Positions 8,470 to 17,636 of a stretch of 30,486 nt of DNA are shown here, piece after piece. Position numbers and translations under genes: made by a program. The notes beneath the pieces are model-generated. The model worked only from the letters and a program-made list of their open reading frames with translations. It ran no database searches and was not told the DNA's origin. The DNA comes from a virus (Duplodnaviria; Caudoviricetes). Position 1 is the stretch's first letter. Each line of letters begins with the position of its first letter. The stretch spans positions 1-30,486 of the IMG/VR virus record IMGVR_UViG_3300049455_000065; one strand, 5' to 3'.

Positions 8470-11190
8470 CTAACTACAAGCGTAGGCGGTGGGACCGTCC
8501 CAGTCGAGTGGTGCCAGGTCCCAGCGCCAGTAATGAGCCGTGCGTCCGTCAATTCTCGCGGCAACCTCAAAGTCGCCAGGACCAGGAATATTTGGATTGC
8601 TAGACATCGTGAAGTTGCTCTGCAAGAGCGAAACTGCCGTCACGTTGCCTTTTCCAAAGGTTGCCACTTCTTTCCAGGGGAATGTCTTAGGCTCATCATT
8701 GTTGCGCCAAAGATGAACCATGCCTCCCTTGATCGAAGGTGTGACGACCTCAAAATTTCCCTTACTGCCGAAGTTACTCTGGATGAAGCCAGGAATACCT
8801 GTTGCACCCTCATAGAACTTGACTGGATCGCTGTCACTCCACTTGAAATTTGGTCCGTCGTCACGCCAGAAGTGAATCAGATCCTCTTTAACGCGGGCGA
8901 TGACTTCAAGATGTCCCGGCTGAGGCTGTCCAATGTTGCTCTGAAGCAATGCTACTGCTTCGACCTGCCCTAGCCGTTTAGCGAAGAAGGTTCCGCCTTG
9001 CCATTGAGGACGAGCAGCATCATTATCACGCCAGTAATGAACAATACCCCCTTCCTTGAGCGGGATGATGAGTTCAAAGTTGCCTCGTTTGCTAAGACTA
9101 CTTTGGATGAGTGCAGGATTGCCCGAAACGCCCTGTGTGATGATTGTTGTAGGGCCATTCCAGCGGGAACGAGGATTCGCTCCTCGCCAGAAATGTACAA
9201 GACGATCTCCCACACGGGCAATGACTTCCAAACTGCCAAGAGGACCGAAGTTGCTCTGGATGAGTGCTACGGCGTCAACCTGCCCTAGCTCCGTGCCGAA
9301 TATTTCAGGCCCTTCCCATGGAAGATTTTGAGCATCGTTGTTGCGTAGACAATTGGCAAGTCCTCCCTTGGCAGAGGGAACTACCAATTCAAAATTCCCC
9401 TTCGTACCAACAGTGCTTTGCACCATAAAGCCACTGTTCCTCGCGCCTCTGGGCCGTTCTAATCCTTCAACTGAGATGGTGACCTTCGCAGCTTTCCCAT
9501 CTGGAATCTTGGCTAGCCTATAGTAATTGAGGGCGATTTGCTCTGCACCTTGTAGCCTATGATCCCAGCCAAAGAGAGGGCCGTCATGGAGCAAGAAGAA
9601 GCCGAAACTGGGCTGAATATGTACTATATCGCGTTCTACACCTCCCAAGGCAAGCTTTTGCCCAGTGGAATGGTAGACGTGGACACGATATGTTGGCATG
9701 TCAGCCTTGGCGGCATCTTTTAAGCTAAAGTTTCCTTCCTGTACCTTTCTATTTAATTCGGCACGCTGCTCCTCTATGCTAAGAGGGCTGTCCTCCTTCT
9801 GATCAAACTTGCATGGATTACTCTCGATGTGACTTGGGAGATTAAGCCTCTCCACGTACAGGTACACATCGCGATGAGCATCCGCTGTTTCTGGTAGGCC
9901 GGCAAGACTGATTTCGGCGTCCTCAGTAACTAATGATGCAGGTACGAAATTCATATTCTGCACAGTACTGTCACTGTCGAATGTAATATCTATATCCGAG
10001 CTAAGCTGGACAAGCATGCATTGGTGCGGGTTCAAGGTCCCGCCAGTCTTATACTTATCACGCTCTGGCTGGGTCAGCGTCCAGCCCTGGGAAAGTATCG
10101 GGTGTCCTGCAGGTAGGGCGGGCAAAGCAGGAATACCGATATTATTGGCAACGTGATGTCCAACAGGAATATCATCCCAGGCTGCCCCGGTAAACAGTGA
10201 ACCCCAATTCGCTAACCTGAATCTTGCGAATATCGTGTTTGCAGGAATAGGTCCACCTGTATTGTTCGTGGGATTCGCAAAGAAGAAGTTGGCTTTGTTC
10301 AGGTCGATAGTGGTGGGATCGACGGTAGGGTCGGTGGGGTCCATTCTGCCAACTCTGCCGAAATCGAGCGAAACGCCTTGCGCGGGACAATTTCCGAGCG
10401 TAACAGTTCCCCAAGGAGCAGTAGGTGCATCAGGATTGGGGAGCACAAGTGGATTGGTTATCCCACCTGAGACATCATAGTCGTGTGCGGCATTGCTAGG
10501 CCAGGTGATCTGCTTTACTTGGAGTGGTGTGGGCATTGCTATGGCAAACGAGTACCATATCTTAAAAGATGTGCCAAGGGTTGTCGTTGGTCCATTTGCT
10601 CCCTGTTTGACAATTGGTATGCCAAGAGGAATTTTCATTTGGAAGGCCCAGGGTATACTTGGTTGGTTTGGATCGAATGTCGGACTGCTTGCCCAGAGGC
10701 GCGTATCCTGTAGCCATGTACCTAATACGTTTCCATCAGGATTAGGTGTATTCCACGTTGCTGCAGTACCTGTCCCGGTCCTCGTATAGGTGGGCGTGAT
10801 GTTAAAGTTTGGTCGATCAAGCCAATCTCTGGTACCTGGTGGATTCCCTTGCACTTGCAAAGTGAGCTGGACGATAAACGCTGGTCCACTACCGCCGTGG
10901 GCGGGGTCGGGCACGAAGCCGACATAGAGGATATCCTGGTTATTGTTTGCTCCGTCCATATCGAGCTTAACTTGCCAGGACAAGTATAGGAATGTTTGAC
11001 TCTGATCCGTTAGTGCCCGAAACTCCGCCTCGTTGCTTCCGTTATCATTGAATGTTTGCTCAGTTGTGCCTCGCCAACGTGCATCATCCAACGTTTTGTC
11101 TTGCCTCATGGCTCCAAGAAGCCAGTTGGGTGGCTGATTATTTTCAAATGGCACGCCTATAGATTTTGGAATGCATAGGTTTAACGACAT
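8470..11190 (-). CDS. Multidomain protein with C-terminal six-repeat lectin-like beta-propeller, 906 aa
   Basis: AAGGAG RBS. Six repeats of consensus (L/F)IQSNFG..G.(F/L)EV.....G...H.WR....W in the last ~320 aa. No obvious signal peptide. Confidence 0.78.
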   Translation of the reverse strand: MSLNLCIPKSIGVPFENNQPPNWLLGAMRQDKTLDDARWRGTTEQTFNDNGSNEAEFRALTDQSQTFLYLSWQVKLDMDGANNNQDILYVGFVPDPAHGGSGPAFIVQLTLQVQGNPPGTRDWLDRPNFNITPTYTRTGTGTAATWNTPNPDGNVLGTWLQDTRLWASSPTFDPNQPSIPWAFQMKIPLGIPIVKQGANGPTTTLGTSFKIWYSFAIAMPTPLQVKQITWPSNAAHDYDVSGGITNPLVLPNPDAPTAPWGTVTLGNCPAQGVSLDFGRVGRMDPTDPTVDPTTIDLNKANFFFANPTNNTGGPIPANTIFARFRLANWGSLFTGAAWDDIPVGHHVANNIGIPALPALPAGHPILSQGWTLTQPERDKYKTGGTLNPHQCMLVQLSSDIDITFDSDSTVQNMNFVPASLVTEDAEISLAGLPETADAHRDVYLYVERLNLPSHIESNPCKFDQKEDSPLSIEEQRAELNRKVQEGNFSLKDAAKADMPTYRVHVYHSTGQKLALGGVERDIVHIQPSFGFFLLHDGPLFGWDHRLQGAEQIALNYYRLAKIPDGKAAKVTISVEGLERPRGARNSGFMVQSTVGTKGNFELVVPSAKGGLANCLRNNDAQNLPWEGPEIFGTELGQVDAVALIQSNFGPLGSLEVIARVGDRLVHFWRGANPRSRWNGPTTIITQGVSGNPALIQSSLSKRGNFELIIPLKEGGIVHYWRDNDAARPQWQGGTFFAKRLGQVEAVALLQSNIGQPQPGHLEVIARVKEDLIHFWRDDGPNFKWSDSDPVKFYEGATGIPGFIQSNFGSKGNFEVVTPSIKGGMVHLWRNNDEPKTFPWKEVATFGKGNVTAVSLLQSNFTMSSNPNIPGPGDFEVAARIDGRTAHYWRWDLAPLDWDGPTAYACS
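8473..9438 (-). repeat. Six ~50-aa protein repeats in A-B-A-B-A-B alternation (propeller blades)
   Basis: A blades: VQSTVGTKGNFELVVP, IQSSLSKRGNFELIIP, IQSNFGSKGNFEVVTP. B blades: AVALIQSNFG..GSLEVIAR, AVALLQSNIG..GHLEVIAR, AVSLLQSNF..GDFEVAAR. Confidence 0.9.
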
Positions 11191-11265
11191 GGAAAATCTC
11201 CTTTTACTTATTGCTGTGCATCGCTCTTACTGAACAATTTCAGGAAGAGGTGTGTCGCCTACAAA

Positions 11266-11766
11266 CTAAGCCGATACTAACTTAAAGGAAACAAGTTGAT
11301 CATTCGGTGTTCCCTGGCGTTTGATATGAATCTCTAGCATACCTGAAACTGGTGTCGTATTAGGGGTCGGTGTAATAAAGACGCTAGGTGTTCTTCCTGT
11401 TTGGCCTCCTGGTGGTATTTCTGTAGATGGAATGGTAAAAGGCGTTTGTGTAACCTGAGTCAAGATGATATTCCAGTTAGCAGTTGGTGCTACCGAAACG
11501 ATTGTAAGGTCGTATGTTCCAGGCTGTGTGAATGTCGCGTTGATGCCGACCAATACTCCATTCGTTGTCACCTTCAGAGTATTTGATGCGCTGTCGTATG
11601 CAGTGGCAGGACTGATACCACCCAGAGTCATGCTGATGGTGCTATCTCTCACGCTTGGCTTTTCTAAAGCGGCAAGCCTACCTTCCAACTCGGTCAATTT
11701 GTCCAAGATGCTTGTCACAAAAGTGACTGTGATAAGCTCACCCGGTTTGGGTGGTGTAATACTCAT
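11266..11766 (-). CDS. Small protein with N-terminal coiled coil and beta-rich C-terminus, 166 aa
   Basis: ATG at 11766 with AAGGAGG RBS. PGELIT...ILDKLTELEGRLAALEK heptad pattern, then a Thr/Pro/Val-rich beta region. Confidence 0.7.
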   Translation of the reverse strand: MSITPPKPGELITVTFVTSILDKLTELEGRLAALEKPSVRDSTISMTLGGISPATAYDSASNTLKVTTNGVLVGINATFTQPGTYDLTIVSVAPTANWNIILTQVTQTPFTIPSTEIPPGGQTGRTPSVFITPTPNTTPVSGMLEIHIKRQGTPNDQLVSFKLVSA

Positions 11767-11792
11767 CAGTTTTCCTCCTTTATTGTCTATGC

Positions 11793-13214
11793 CTATGAAT
11801 TTGTTGTCGCAAAGTTGCTGTATTGCCAGCGTGCAATGTTGTATTGAGCATTTCCTTGATAGGGAATATGACCTGAGACGAAGAAGAGATAGAGCTGCGG
11901 CGGGTTTGCCGCACTCTTGTTGATCGTTTGGATGTTTTCTCTTATCCAATAGGTCCAGAGCATCTCTTGTTTGCCCAGGTCAATTGGTTGATACGATAAC
12001 GACATACGAATTATGTGCTCGACCTTAGCACCTTCAATAAAAACAGGGTCTCTATGTACTACTCCATCAAGAAATTTGGTATTAAAGCCTGCTAATATAG
12101 TGGAACTGCCGAATGTTCCGCTCAACGGTATCATGCCGACTGTCGGCAAATAACGAAAGTAATCCGTAATTCTCAATGCAGCAAACTTGTCCTGTGCAAG
12201 ATTCAGTGTGAGAAGTTGCGAAAGAGTTTGCGAGATGTGTTCTTGGAATTGGAGACTGATCATCTCTTCATTTAGCGGGTATCCCCCACCTGGGGCAAGG
12301 GGCCAGTATTGCGATGGTGGACCAAGAACGGGGCGGCGACGCACAGAACCCATATCGATAAACTGAATGCCGTTTATCGTCCAATACAACAGGGCGAGCG
12401 GAACGTCACAATCGGTTAGTTTCTTCTGCGTTCTAAGTGCTGCTAGAGCACCGATATCACTGTAGGGAGAGGCTCCATCTGCTGTCTGCTTGAAAGGATC
12501 GATAACAAAGCTGTTACGTTCCTCCGTGCCAAAGCAGAGATGTGCAAGCAGATTTCTCAACCTGGAAAGAGAGGCAGGGTCGCTTTGGGTGACTCCCTGG
12601 TTGAGCAATGTTTGTGCATCGTCGATCAGTACCTGCACATTGCTATTGACATTTGATAAGGTGCTTCCGTCGAGTTGCACGAGTCCGAAGCGAACGCCTT
12701 CTATTTTGTAGCGACTGCCACAGGCGGAACCTCCTCCTACGTTGGTGGCTAGTCCACTGACTTGTGCTTGCCCGATAAAGCCGGAGGCGGGACTGAGCAC
12801 TAGTATATAGACGCCAGCACCCGTGGCAATTGGCGTATTTTGTGGTGGCTCACAGGTACCGAAGAGTCCAGCGCTGGAGGGTTGCCTGTCGCGGGTGGCG
12901 ACGAGCGAGACATCGATATTTTGAGGCAACGTGAGATATTGCCCGTTGCGGTTGATGGCGGCACCAGGGCATACATGCACAACCGCTTTTGTCTGGTCTG
13001 TTGAGGGTGTTCCGTCGGATGTCACCTCCAGGCCCTGGAGTACTCCATCACCGATGGCTTGCCCCAGGCGGCGGCGAGCCTCGTTATTGGCGTCCTTCTC
13101 CATGATCAGGTCTTCGCTAGAGAGCAAACGCCCATTGAAGAAGTTGATGGAAGGCAGACCATTGTTGAGAATAACCTGATTGAGTTGTACGATATCTGTT
13201 TGTTGTGTGACCAT
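11793..13214 (-). CDS. Putative tail fibre / baseplate-attached protein B (paralogue of A)
   Basis: INFFNGRLLSSEDL..E, GDGVLQGLEV, V.PGAAINRNGQ, YILVL, VPLALL. ATG at 13214 has GGAG upstream. Confidence 0.65.
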   Translation of the reverse strand: MVTQQTDIVQLNQVILNNGLPSINFFNGRLLSSEDLIMEKDANNEARRRLGQAIGDGVLQGLEVTSDGTPSTDQTKAVVHVCPGAAINRNGQYLTLPQNIDVSLVATRDRQPSSAGLFGTCEPPQNTPIATGAGVYILVLSPASGFIGQAQVSGLATNVGGGSACGSRYKIEGVRFGLVQLDGSTLSNVNSNVQVLIDDAQTLLNQGVTQSDPASLSRLRNLLAHLCFGTEERNSFVIDPFKQTADGASPYSDIGALAALRTQKKLTDCDVPLALLYWTINGIQFIDMGSVRRRPVLGPPSQYWPLAPGGGYPLNEEMISLQFQEHISQTLSQLLTLNLAQDKFAALRITDYFRYLPTVGMIPLSGTFGSSTILAGFNTKFLDGVVHRDPVFIEGAKVEHIIRMSLSYQPIDLGKQEMLWTYWIRENIQTINKSAANPPQLYLFFVSGHIPYQGNAQYNIARWQYSNFATTNS

Positions 13215-13237
13215 GTTCTCTACTCCAATTAGTCTCA

Positions 13238-14671
13238 TCAAGCTATCTGGCTAATTTCAACTATAAAGCCTGTCGTCGTTGCGCTCGTCACATTCGCCGC
13301 CTGTCCCACGCGCACAACCCAACCGCTGGTAATAGTCTTTCCTATAGCTGTAAGTGCATTCACTAAGCTGGTATCAGTGGTAACTGATGGAATGTACTCA
13401 AAGATCTGTGCTGGTATGAGAGTGGCTGTGGTGGTAGTGGCGTTGGCAATCGGCGTGCCTTTCACAATGTACTTGCCATTCTGTTGAAAGCCTCCTTCGA
13501 GCAGGAAGAGATTCTGGTTAGGCGCATTGAGCTGAGTGGCTGTCAGCGTGTTGTTCGTGACTAAGCTGTTAAACACGTTGGTGACAGTCAGTTGTTTATT
13601 TGCATTGGCCGGAAACTGAAACGTGCCCGCCGCAACTATTGAAATGGGAGGTTGAGCAGGGCCATTCAGTAACCATTCTTGCAACAGACGCATGGGGATC
13701 AGGTAAGGACGATGTGGGTCTACGTTTATTATCACACTTGTGTTTCCGCTGGTCACGCTCCAAACTCCGTTGGCATCTTTGCTGACTTGTATATCCACTT
13801 CTGCCAGCGAGAGGCAGGCTTCCTGCGGTGCATCGCCAAAATTTGTGTTCTTCTCGCGCCATAAAGTGGTAAGTTGTGTCGCCCATATGCGGAAAGCACG
13901 ACTCATGTAGTCACTTGCTTGTGCCGCGGGGATACGGACAGGAGGAGTATCAGCTGGATCAAATGTGTATGTGAGCACTGGGGCACCTGTGACGGGTTTG
14001 ATACGACCAATAGCCGTTTCAAATTGATTTGTGGATAAGAACGGTGCGCTATTCACGACCTGCACCTGCTTCAACAAGGCAATGAATGCGCGTATGGCCT
14101 CTTCTGCTTGCTGGTCGGGTGCTGTGACTGGTGGCTTCGCATTTGGGTCGATCAGGCGCAGCTCCAGACCAAAGTCGTCGCTCAGGCGTGATGGGCGCAA
14201 GATGTCTTTTTCGTCGCGGCAGGGTTCACCGGGAATGGGTACCTCGTCTGTTGGCAGGTTGTTATAGCAGAGGACGACATAGGTAGTCAGCTTACCGCTT
14301 GTAGCAGCACCGAACATGGGATCTAGTTCAGACTTGCGTTGGGCAAGCCAATCGTTGATGTTGGCACACTGATCCAATGCGATACGCACAAGTTGGCCCT
14401 GCGGAGTGATCGCTACTCCAGCAGAGACATTGATGCGTGGATTGCTGGTGGCTGTGACTGGATTTGTGCCATCTGTTGTGACTTGCAGTCCACTGATGGT
14501 GCCGTAGCCGATCAGGTCGCGTACTAACCATTGGTTGAGCGCGGATAGATAGGTGAATTCCTGTGTGAAGTCATCTACGCCCAGGACCATGCCCACCGCA
14601 TAGTTGACGTGTTTATGCGGGTCCGGTGGAGGAGCCGTCGCCTCTGCCAGCTTTGTCGCGAAATCAGTCAT
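13238..14671 (-). CDS. Putative tail fibre / baseplate-attached protein A (Afp13-like N-terminus)
   Basis: HVNYAVGMVLGVDDF..E..Y, GYGTISGLQV, V.AGVAITPQGQ, YVVLCY resemble the anchor domain of CIS fibres; Thr/Asn/Ala-rich beta C-terminus. ATG at 14671 has GAGGAG upstream. Confidence 0.65.
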   Translation of the reverse strand: MTDFATKLAEATAPPPDPHKHVNYAVGMVLGVDDFTQEFTYLSALNQWLVRDLIGYGTISGLQVTTDGTNPVTATSNPRINVSAGVAITPQGQLVRIALDQCANINDWLAQRKSELDPMFGAATSGKLTTYVVLCYNNLPTDEVPIPGEPCRDEKDILRPSRLSDDFGLELRLIDPNAKPPVTAPDQQAEEAIRAFIALLKQVQVVNSAPFLSTNQFETAIGRIKPVTGAPVLTYTFDPADTPPVRIPAAQASDYMSRAFRIWATQLTTLWREKNTNFGDAPQEACLSLAEVDIQVSKDANGVWSVTSGNTSVIINVDPHRPYLIPMRLLQEWLLNGPAQPPISIVAAGTFQFPANANKQLTVTNVFNSLVTNNTLTATQLNAPNQNLFLLEGGFQQNGKYIVKGTPIANATTTTATLIPAQIFEYIPSVTTDTSLVNALTAIGKTITSGWVVRVGQAANVTSATTTGFIVEISQIA

Positions 14672-14702
14672 TTTGTGTTTCTCCTCTTGCATATGGTGCT
14701 AT

Positions 14703-17633
14703 CTATCTGGCCAATGCATCTCTGCTTACAATTTGCCGATCAGTAATAGTTTGTGGGTAGTTTGCCGCCAGCGTACTTTCTCCGATGTAGTTTTGCCCCA
14801 GCATGAGCGGAGGCACGCGGCTACCGCTATCCAGGATGGTATCTTCGCCGAGGCGTGCTTCCGCGACCCTGAAAGCGTTCCAGTAAAAGCGAATGTCAAA
14901 TTGTGTTTGCGTTGGCTTTTCTTGTATGATGATGCGTTTCGCCAGTGCGTAACGCTGCTGATATTTCTCGATATTGGCAGTCTCAGACCGGGGCACGGGC
15001 AGCAAGACGACAAAGCGATGTGCCGTGTTGCGCATGGACAGCACGACGGACTCAAATTGATACCAGTCCAGGAGTGGCTTGCCGTCACGTGGCAATTGCG
15101 TTGGTAGCGTTATATCCTCAAATGAAAGTATGTTTGTAAGGTATGTGTCGTTATACGCCTTGATGGTCTGATAACGGCGTGCTAAGAAGTTGTGCCACAG
15201 CGTCGGATTCACCGTTGTGATTGAGGGAACGAAGCCGAGCCGATGTTGCGAGAATTGTTGCCAAGCTGTTGATGTGTTATCTCCTGGATCTGTTATGGGA
15301 AATAGCAACGTTCCCTGGTCATCGGGCCTGGTATCCAGTGTGTATAAGTGGTTGAGCACGACCCCACCTTGCTCTGGCGTCCAATGGTCCTTGGGCGAAA
15401 CAAGACGTACACCGCTCAAGTCGGTAGTATCGCCAAACAGAATCCCTGGCGTCTTGCGCGTCTTATACTTCTCTATAATGCGAATGTGCGACATGCTCGA
15501 TGAGAGGTCGGTAAAGATGCTCTCATTCGCGCAGCTGTCAAGCACGAGACGTAGGGCCATTTGTAGCCCACGAATGGTACCACGATATTGGAAAAAGTCC
15601 ATTGCGTGACGAATGAAAAGCCGTTTTCTTTGCTCATCCCATCCTGGGATAAGGAGCACACCGAACCAGCCCGCGAGCCAATCGAGCAACTCTGGCGGTG
15701 CGCTATAGGCGTTGAACAGGACTTGAATAGCAGCGATTTTGTCTTCAATACTCGTATAGAAGCCCTCGAGATTTGCCAGATAGCGGTCAAGGAACGAGGC
15801 CGACTGCCTGTCTTCGCGATAGGTGGCGGGTAGGTAATGTTCCAGGTAGGAGAAGCGTGGATAATAGGCACGCAAGGCACTGATGCGCGGTGTGCTCCGT
15901 TCATTGCCCTGTAGGACGAGTCTCAATTGTAGATAGCGACCACGCGCATTTTGAAAAAGCAGTTCCCAGGTGCCGCGATCTGTTGTGCGTGGCTCTGGCA
16001 TGTATGGTAGTTCTGAGCCGTCACGACGCAGATATAAGGCTGGCTCAGCTTGCCATATGGCACGAGCCAGTTCTTCCTGGCTATTGGCAGCTCGGCTGGA
16101 TACTTGAATGCTGGTTTCGGCAGGAATACAAGCATCGAGCAGGAGCCGATGCCAGGCACAATCAGGTACATGTCCATCAAAGGCGTTTCCACTCGATGTC
16201 GGCTTCGTGCCGGCTGCAGATGGTGTAGAGTCTGCGATGGCCGTATACAGAATGGCCAGTTTCTCATAGCGGAGGCGCGCTTGGGAGATGAGCGGGGTCC
16301 AGCTCTCAGCGAAATCGTAATAGACCTGCTCACAAAAGGTTGCCAGTCCTTTGCCACCAAAGAGGCGCATTGGGAAATAGTGTGTGATCGGTTGCAGTTG
16401 CAGTTCCCCATCTTTGAGGTAAGGATGGAACACAAATGCTTGCTCACCTCGTGAAGAGACGACAAACAGCAGATCGGGTATCTCAAGTGTACCATCATCA
16501 GCGGTGTGTTCTGGTACAAAGGCAAAGTCATAACCAATGAGTGAGAAGCCTGTTTTGTCCTCAAGTACGCTCGTTATTATATTAAGCGAGGTCACGCTCA
16601 TTTGTTGACCGTCGAGATAGCGATAGATGTCAGAAAAGTCGTTACCCGTTTTATTGTCAAGAATAAGAATGCTGCAATCCGGTAATGCTTCTATGGCTAC
16701 AGGATTCGCTAGCGGTAAGGCTACTGCGTCATTCACCGAGATAGGGCGTGTATAAGCTGCTGTTGTGAGGCGTGGTGGTGAACCCCCATTCTTTGGTTGA
16801 AAGATGTCATTTTGATCGGGCGACGGCGTGCTCTGAAGTTCTTTCACGATGTTGAATTGACGGTCTAGTCGCCAGTAGCGTTTGTTGATACGATCAAGAA
16901 TACAGACGCCACCACCAGGCATGGCAGTGATATCAAATGGCTCAAACGCAATATCAGTAGGCCAGAAGAGTTGACGTGGTGCACCGCTACTGTGCAAATC
17001 GAAGATAAGTAGGCCACGTTGTGGTTGTACAACGCCAACCACAAGATAATGATGTTCCGAAACGGTCAGTCCACTCAGACTGTACGGAACAGGTACTGGC
17101 GGTGACACGATCGCTTGAAAGGCACCTTTCGCAACAGGAGTAGCAGGTTCTACAAGATCATCTGCTGACCAGAAATGCGAGGTTGTGCCAGTCCCTACAG
17201 AGTTGACGCGTATCTCGCTACGGATCTCATCAATCCAATACCAGTTGCCGTAGCGATCACTGCTAGCTCCGCGCCGTTGCTCAAACGCGAATTGTGTAGG
17301 TTTAGCGTTTGGGTTGGTAAACAGGAAGAGTTTTGAGGTTAGAGAAATTTCCTGGCGCACGTCATCCCATTCCACTGCCGCTCCACTCACGTTGGCGTTG
17401 ACTGGCTCCTGCTCCCACTGCTGACGAAGGCGTGTCTGTCCTTCTGGACACGTCGTAGGCTCTCCGTAGCCGAGCAGAATCCATGCCTCTTGCAACGAAT
17501 CGTTGGTGGGCCTGGGTAGCGGAGCCACGGGTATAGTTGGTCCTTGCCCTTGCTCATCTTTTGTATGATCGCTGCACCTGGCCCAATCATTATAGCCAAG
17601 GAGCAGCTGAAAATGCGTTCCGTTTACGTCCAT
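14703..17633 (-). CDS. Large baseplate/tail protein with P2 gpI-like domain and N-terminal propeller-like region, 976 aa
   Basis: gpI-like core SYLEHYLPATYRED..FLDRYLANLEG...APPELLDWLAGWFG...RGTIRGL, and C-terminal AHRFVVL..EKPTQT. The N-terminal half has blade-like motifs (DRYGNWYWID, PFDITAMPGGGVCILD, PVAIEALPDCSILILD). Confidence 0.82.
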   Translation of the reverse strand: MDVNGTHFQLLLGYNDWARCSDHTKDEQGQGPTIPVAPLPRPTNDSLQEAWILLGYGEPTTCPEGQTRLRQQWEQEPVNANVSGAAVEWDDVRQEISLTSKLFLFTNPNAKPTQFAFEQRRGASSDRYGNWYWIDEIRSEIRVNSVGTGTTSHFWSADDLVEPATPVAKGAFQAIVSPPVPVPYSLSGLTVSEHHYLVVGVVQPQRGLLIFDLHSSGAPRQLFWPTDIAFEPFDITAMPGGGVCILDRINKRYWRLDRQFNIVKELQSTPSPDQNDIFQPKNGGSPPRLTTAAYTRPISVNDAVALPLANPVAIEALPDCSILILDNKTGNDFSDIYRYLDGQQMSVTSLNIITSVLEDKTGFSLIGYDFAFVPEHTADDGTLEIPDLLFVVSSRGEQAFVFHPYLKDGELQLQPITHYFPMRLFGGKGLATFCEQVYYDFAESWTPLISQARLRYEKLAILYTAIADSTPSAAGTKPTSSGNAFDGHVPDCAWHRLLLDACIPAETSIQVSSRAANSQEELARAIWQAEPALYLRRDGSELPYMPEPRTTDRGTWELLFQNARGRYLQLRLVLQGNERSTPRISALRAYYPRFSYLEHYLPATYREDRQSASFLDRYLANLEGFYTSIEDKIAAIQVLFNAYSAPPELLDWLAGWFGVLLIPGWDEQRKRLFIRHAMDFFQYRGTIRGLQMALRLVLDSCANESIFTDLSSSMSHIRIIEKYKTRKTPGILFGDTTDLSGVRLVSPKDHWTPEQGGVVLNHLYTLDTRPDDQGTLLFPITDPGDNTSTAWQQFSQHRLGFVPSITTVNPTLWHNFLARRYQTIKAYNDTYLTNILSFEDITLPTQLPRDGKPLLDWYQFESVVLSMRNTAHRFVVLLPVPRSETANIEKYQQRYALAKRIIIQEKPTQTQFDIRFYWNAFRVAEARLGEDTILDSGSRVPPLMLGQNYIGESTLAANYPQTITDRQIVSRDALAR

Positions 17634-17636
17634 AGA

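Noticed and set aside
11767-11949. N-terminal extension of the 227-aa ORF call
   Set aside because: Overlaps the upstream gene; a strong AAGGAGG RBS supports the ATG at 11766.
15473-16564. Alternative-frame minus-strand ORFs (143 aa and 213 aa)
   Set aside because: Fully nested in the 976-aa baseplate gene, with atypical composition and no motifs.
17455-17615. LLGY motif occurring twice at the start of the 976-aa protein
   Set aside because: Too short, and the DNA is not clearly duplicated; may be chance.
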